Assembly (NCBI RefSeq): GCF_032444005.1
Contig: NC_091287.1
Coordinates: 112,964,001 to 113,028,000 of the forward strand
Direction of reading: 5' to 3'
DNA: 64,000 nt
From: Ranitomeya imitator
Lineage: Eukaryota
The position numbers and the translations under genes were made by a program. Shown in pieces: positions 62,756 through 64,000 of this stretch. The stretch's first letter is position 1. Each line of letters opens with the position of its first letter. A model generated the notes under the pieces. That model worked only from the letters and a program-made list of their open reading frames with translations, was not told the origin of the DNA and ran no database searches.

Positions 62756-64000
62756 CCGTATATACTCGAGTATAAGCCGACCCGAGTATAAGCCGACCCC
62801 CCTAATTTTGCCACAAAAAACTGGGAAAACTTATTGACTCGAGTATAAGCCTAGGGTGGAAATGCAGCATTTACCGGTGAATTTCAAAAATAAAAATAGA
62901 TCATTATTTCCCCATAGCTGTGCCATATAGTGCTCTGCACCGTTCATTGTGCCCCCTAGCTGTGCCATATACGGTGCTCTGCACCGTTCATTGTGCCCCA
63001 TAGATGTGCCATATACGGTGCTCTGCACCGTTCACTGTGCCCCATAGCTGTGCCATATACGGTGCTCTGCACTGTTCACTGTGCCCCATAGCTGTGCTGT
63101 GCCATATACGGTGCTCTGCACCGTTCACTGTGCCCCATACATAGCTGTGCTGTGCCATATACGGTGCTCTGCACCGTTCACTGTGCCCTATAGCTGTGCT
63201 GTGCCATATACGGTGCTCTGCACCGTTCACTGTGCCCCATAGCTGTGCTGTGCCATATACGGTGCTCTGCACCGTTCACTGTGCCCCATAGCTGTGCTGT
63301 GCCATATACGGTGCTCTGCACCGTTCACTGTGCCCCATAGCTGTGCTGTGCCATATACGGTGCTCTGCACCGTTCACTGTGCCCCATAGCTGTGCCATAT
63401 ACGGTGCTCTGCACCGTTCACTGTGCCCCATACATAGCTGTGCTGTGCCATATACGGTGCTCTGCACCGTTCACTGTGCCCCATAGCTGTGCTGTGCCAT
63501 ATACGGTGCTCTGCACCGTTCACTGTGCCCCATAGCTGTGCTGTGCCATATACGGTGCTCTGCACCGTTCACTGTGCCCCATAGCTGTGCTGTGCCATAT
63601 ACGGTGCTCTGCACCGTTCACTGTGCCCCATAGCTGTGCTGTGCCATATACGGTGCTCTGCACCGTTCACTGTGCCCCATAGCTGTGCTGTGCCATATAC
63701 GGTGCTCTGCACCGTTCACTGTGCCCCATAGCTGTGCTGTGCCATATACGGTGCTCTGCACCGTTCACTGTGCCCCATAGATGTTCCACATAAATTTGTG
63801 CCGCCGCTGCCGCAATAAAGAAAAAAAAACACATACTCACCTCCCTTGATTGCAGCTCCCGGCGTCTCGTTCCGGCGCCTCCATCTTCCCGGCGTCTCTG
63901 CTCTGACTGATCAGGCAGAGGGCGCCGCGCACACTGTATGCGTCATCGCGCCCCCTGCCTGAACAGTCAGAGAGCGCAGACGCCGGGAAGATGGAGGCGC
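62756..64000. mobile_element. Tc1/mariner (pogo/Tigger-like) non-autonomous element, runs off the window
   Basis: TA-CCGTATATACTCGAGTATAAGCCGA start with repeated CTCGAGTATAAGCC motifs; right end not in the window. Confidence 0.6.
62905..63785. repeat. 44-53-bp minisatellite (modal 49 bp)
   Basis: Unit GCTGTGCTGTGCCATATACGGTGCTCTGCACCGTTCACTGTGCCCCATA, about 18 copies. Confidence 0.95.

Noticed and set aside
62905-63785. CRISPR-like array or repeat protein
   Set aside because: Head-to-tail minisatellite with no unique spacers, in eukaryotic DNA.

Overview
Vertebrate genomic DNA, most likely a frog (inferred from the repeat repertoire, not proven). Almost all of it is nested, decayed transposable elements, and no host gene can be called with confidence. 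It holds two chromodomain-bearing Ty3/Gypsy elements (12067-17612 minus, 33616-39161 plus) and an env-less class I (gamma/epsilon-like) endogenous retrovirus (48922-~58270 minus) sitting inside a Harbinger MITE. Also present: an L2/CR1-type LINE with a 2A-like peptide, three larger Tc1 copies, hAT, piggyBac-like, Kolobok/T2-like and Harbinger MITEs, Penelope-like (PLE) fragments and minisatellites. Most notable: (1) a non-autonomous LTR element (19772-23985) with a tRNA-Ser-type PBS and a PPT, no recognisable gag/pol, and a disrupted cold-shock-domain ORF; (2) five unrelated cassettes sharing one architecture (13-16 bp direct repeat, short tail, inverted repeat, spacer, inverted repeat, direct repeat), probably PLE-derived, with hammerhead-like motifs carrying a variant CGGAAGA core in one cassette and in a related hairpin; (3) Tf1-style self-priming signatures in both Gypsy elements. 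Coordinates and alignments were read by eye; family names rest on motif recognition, not database searches.
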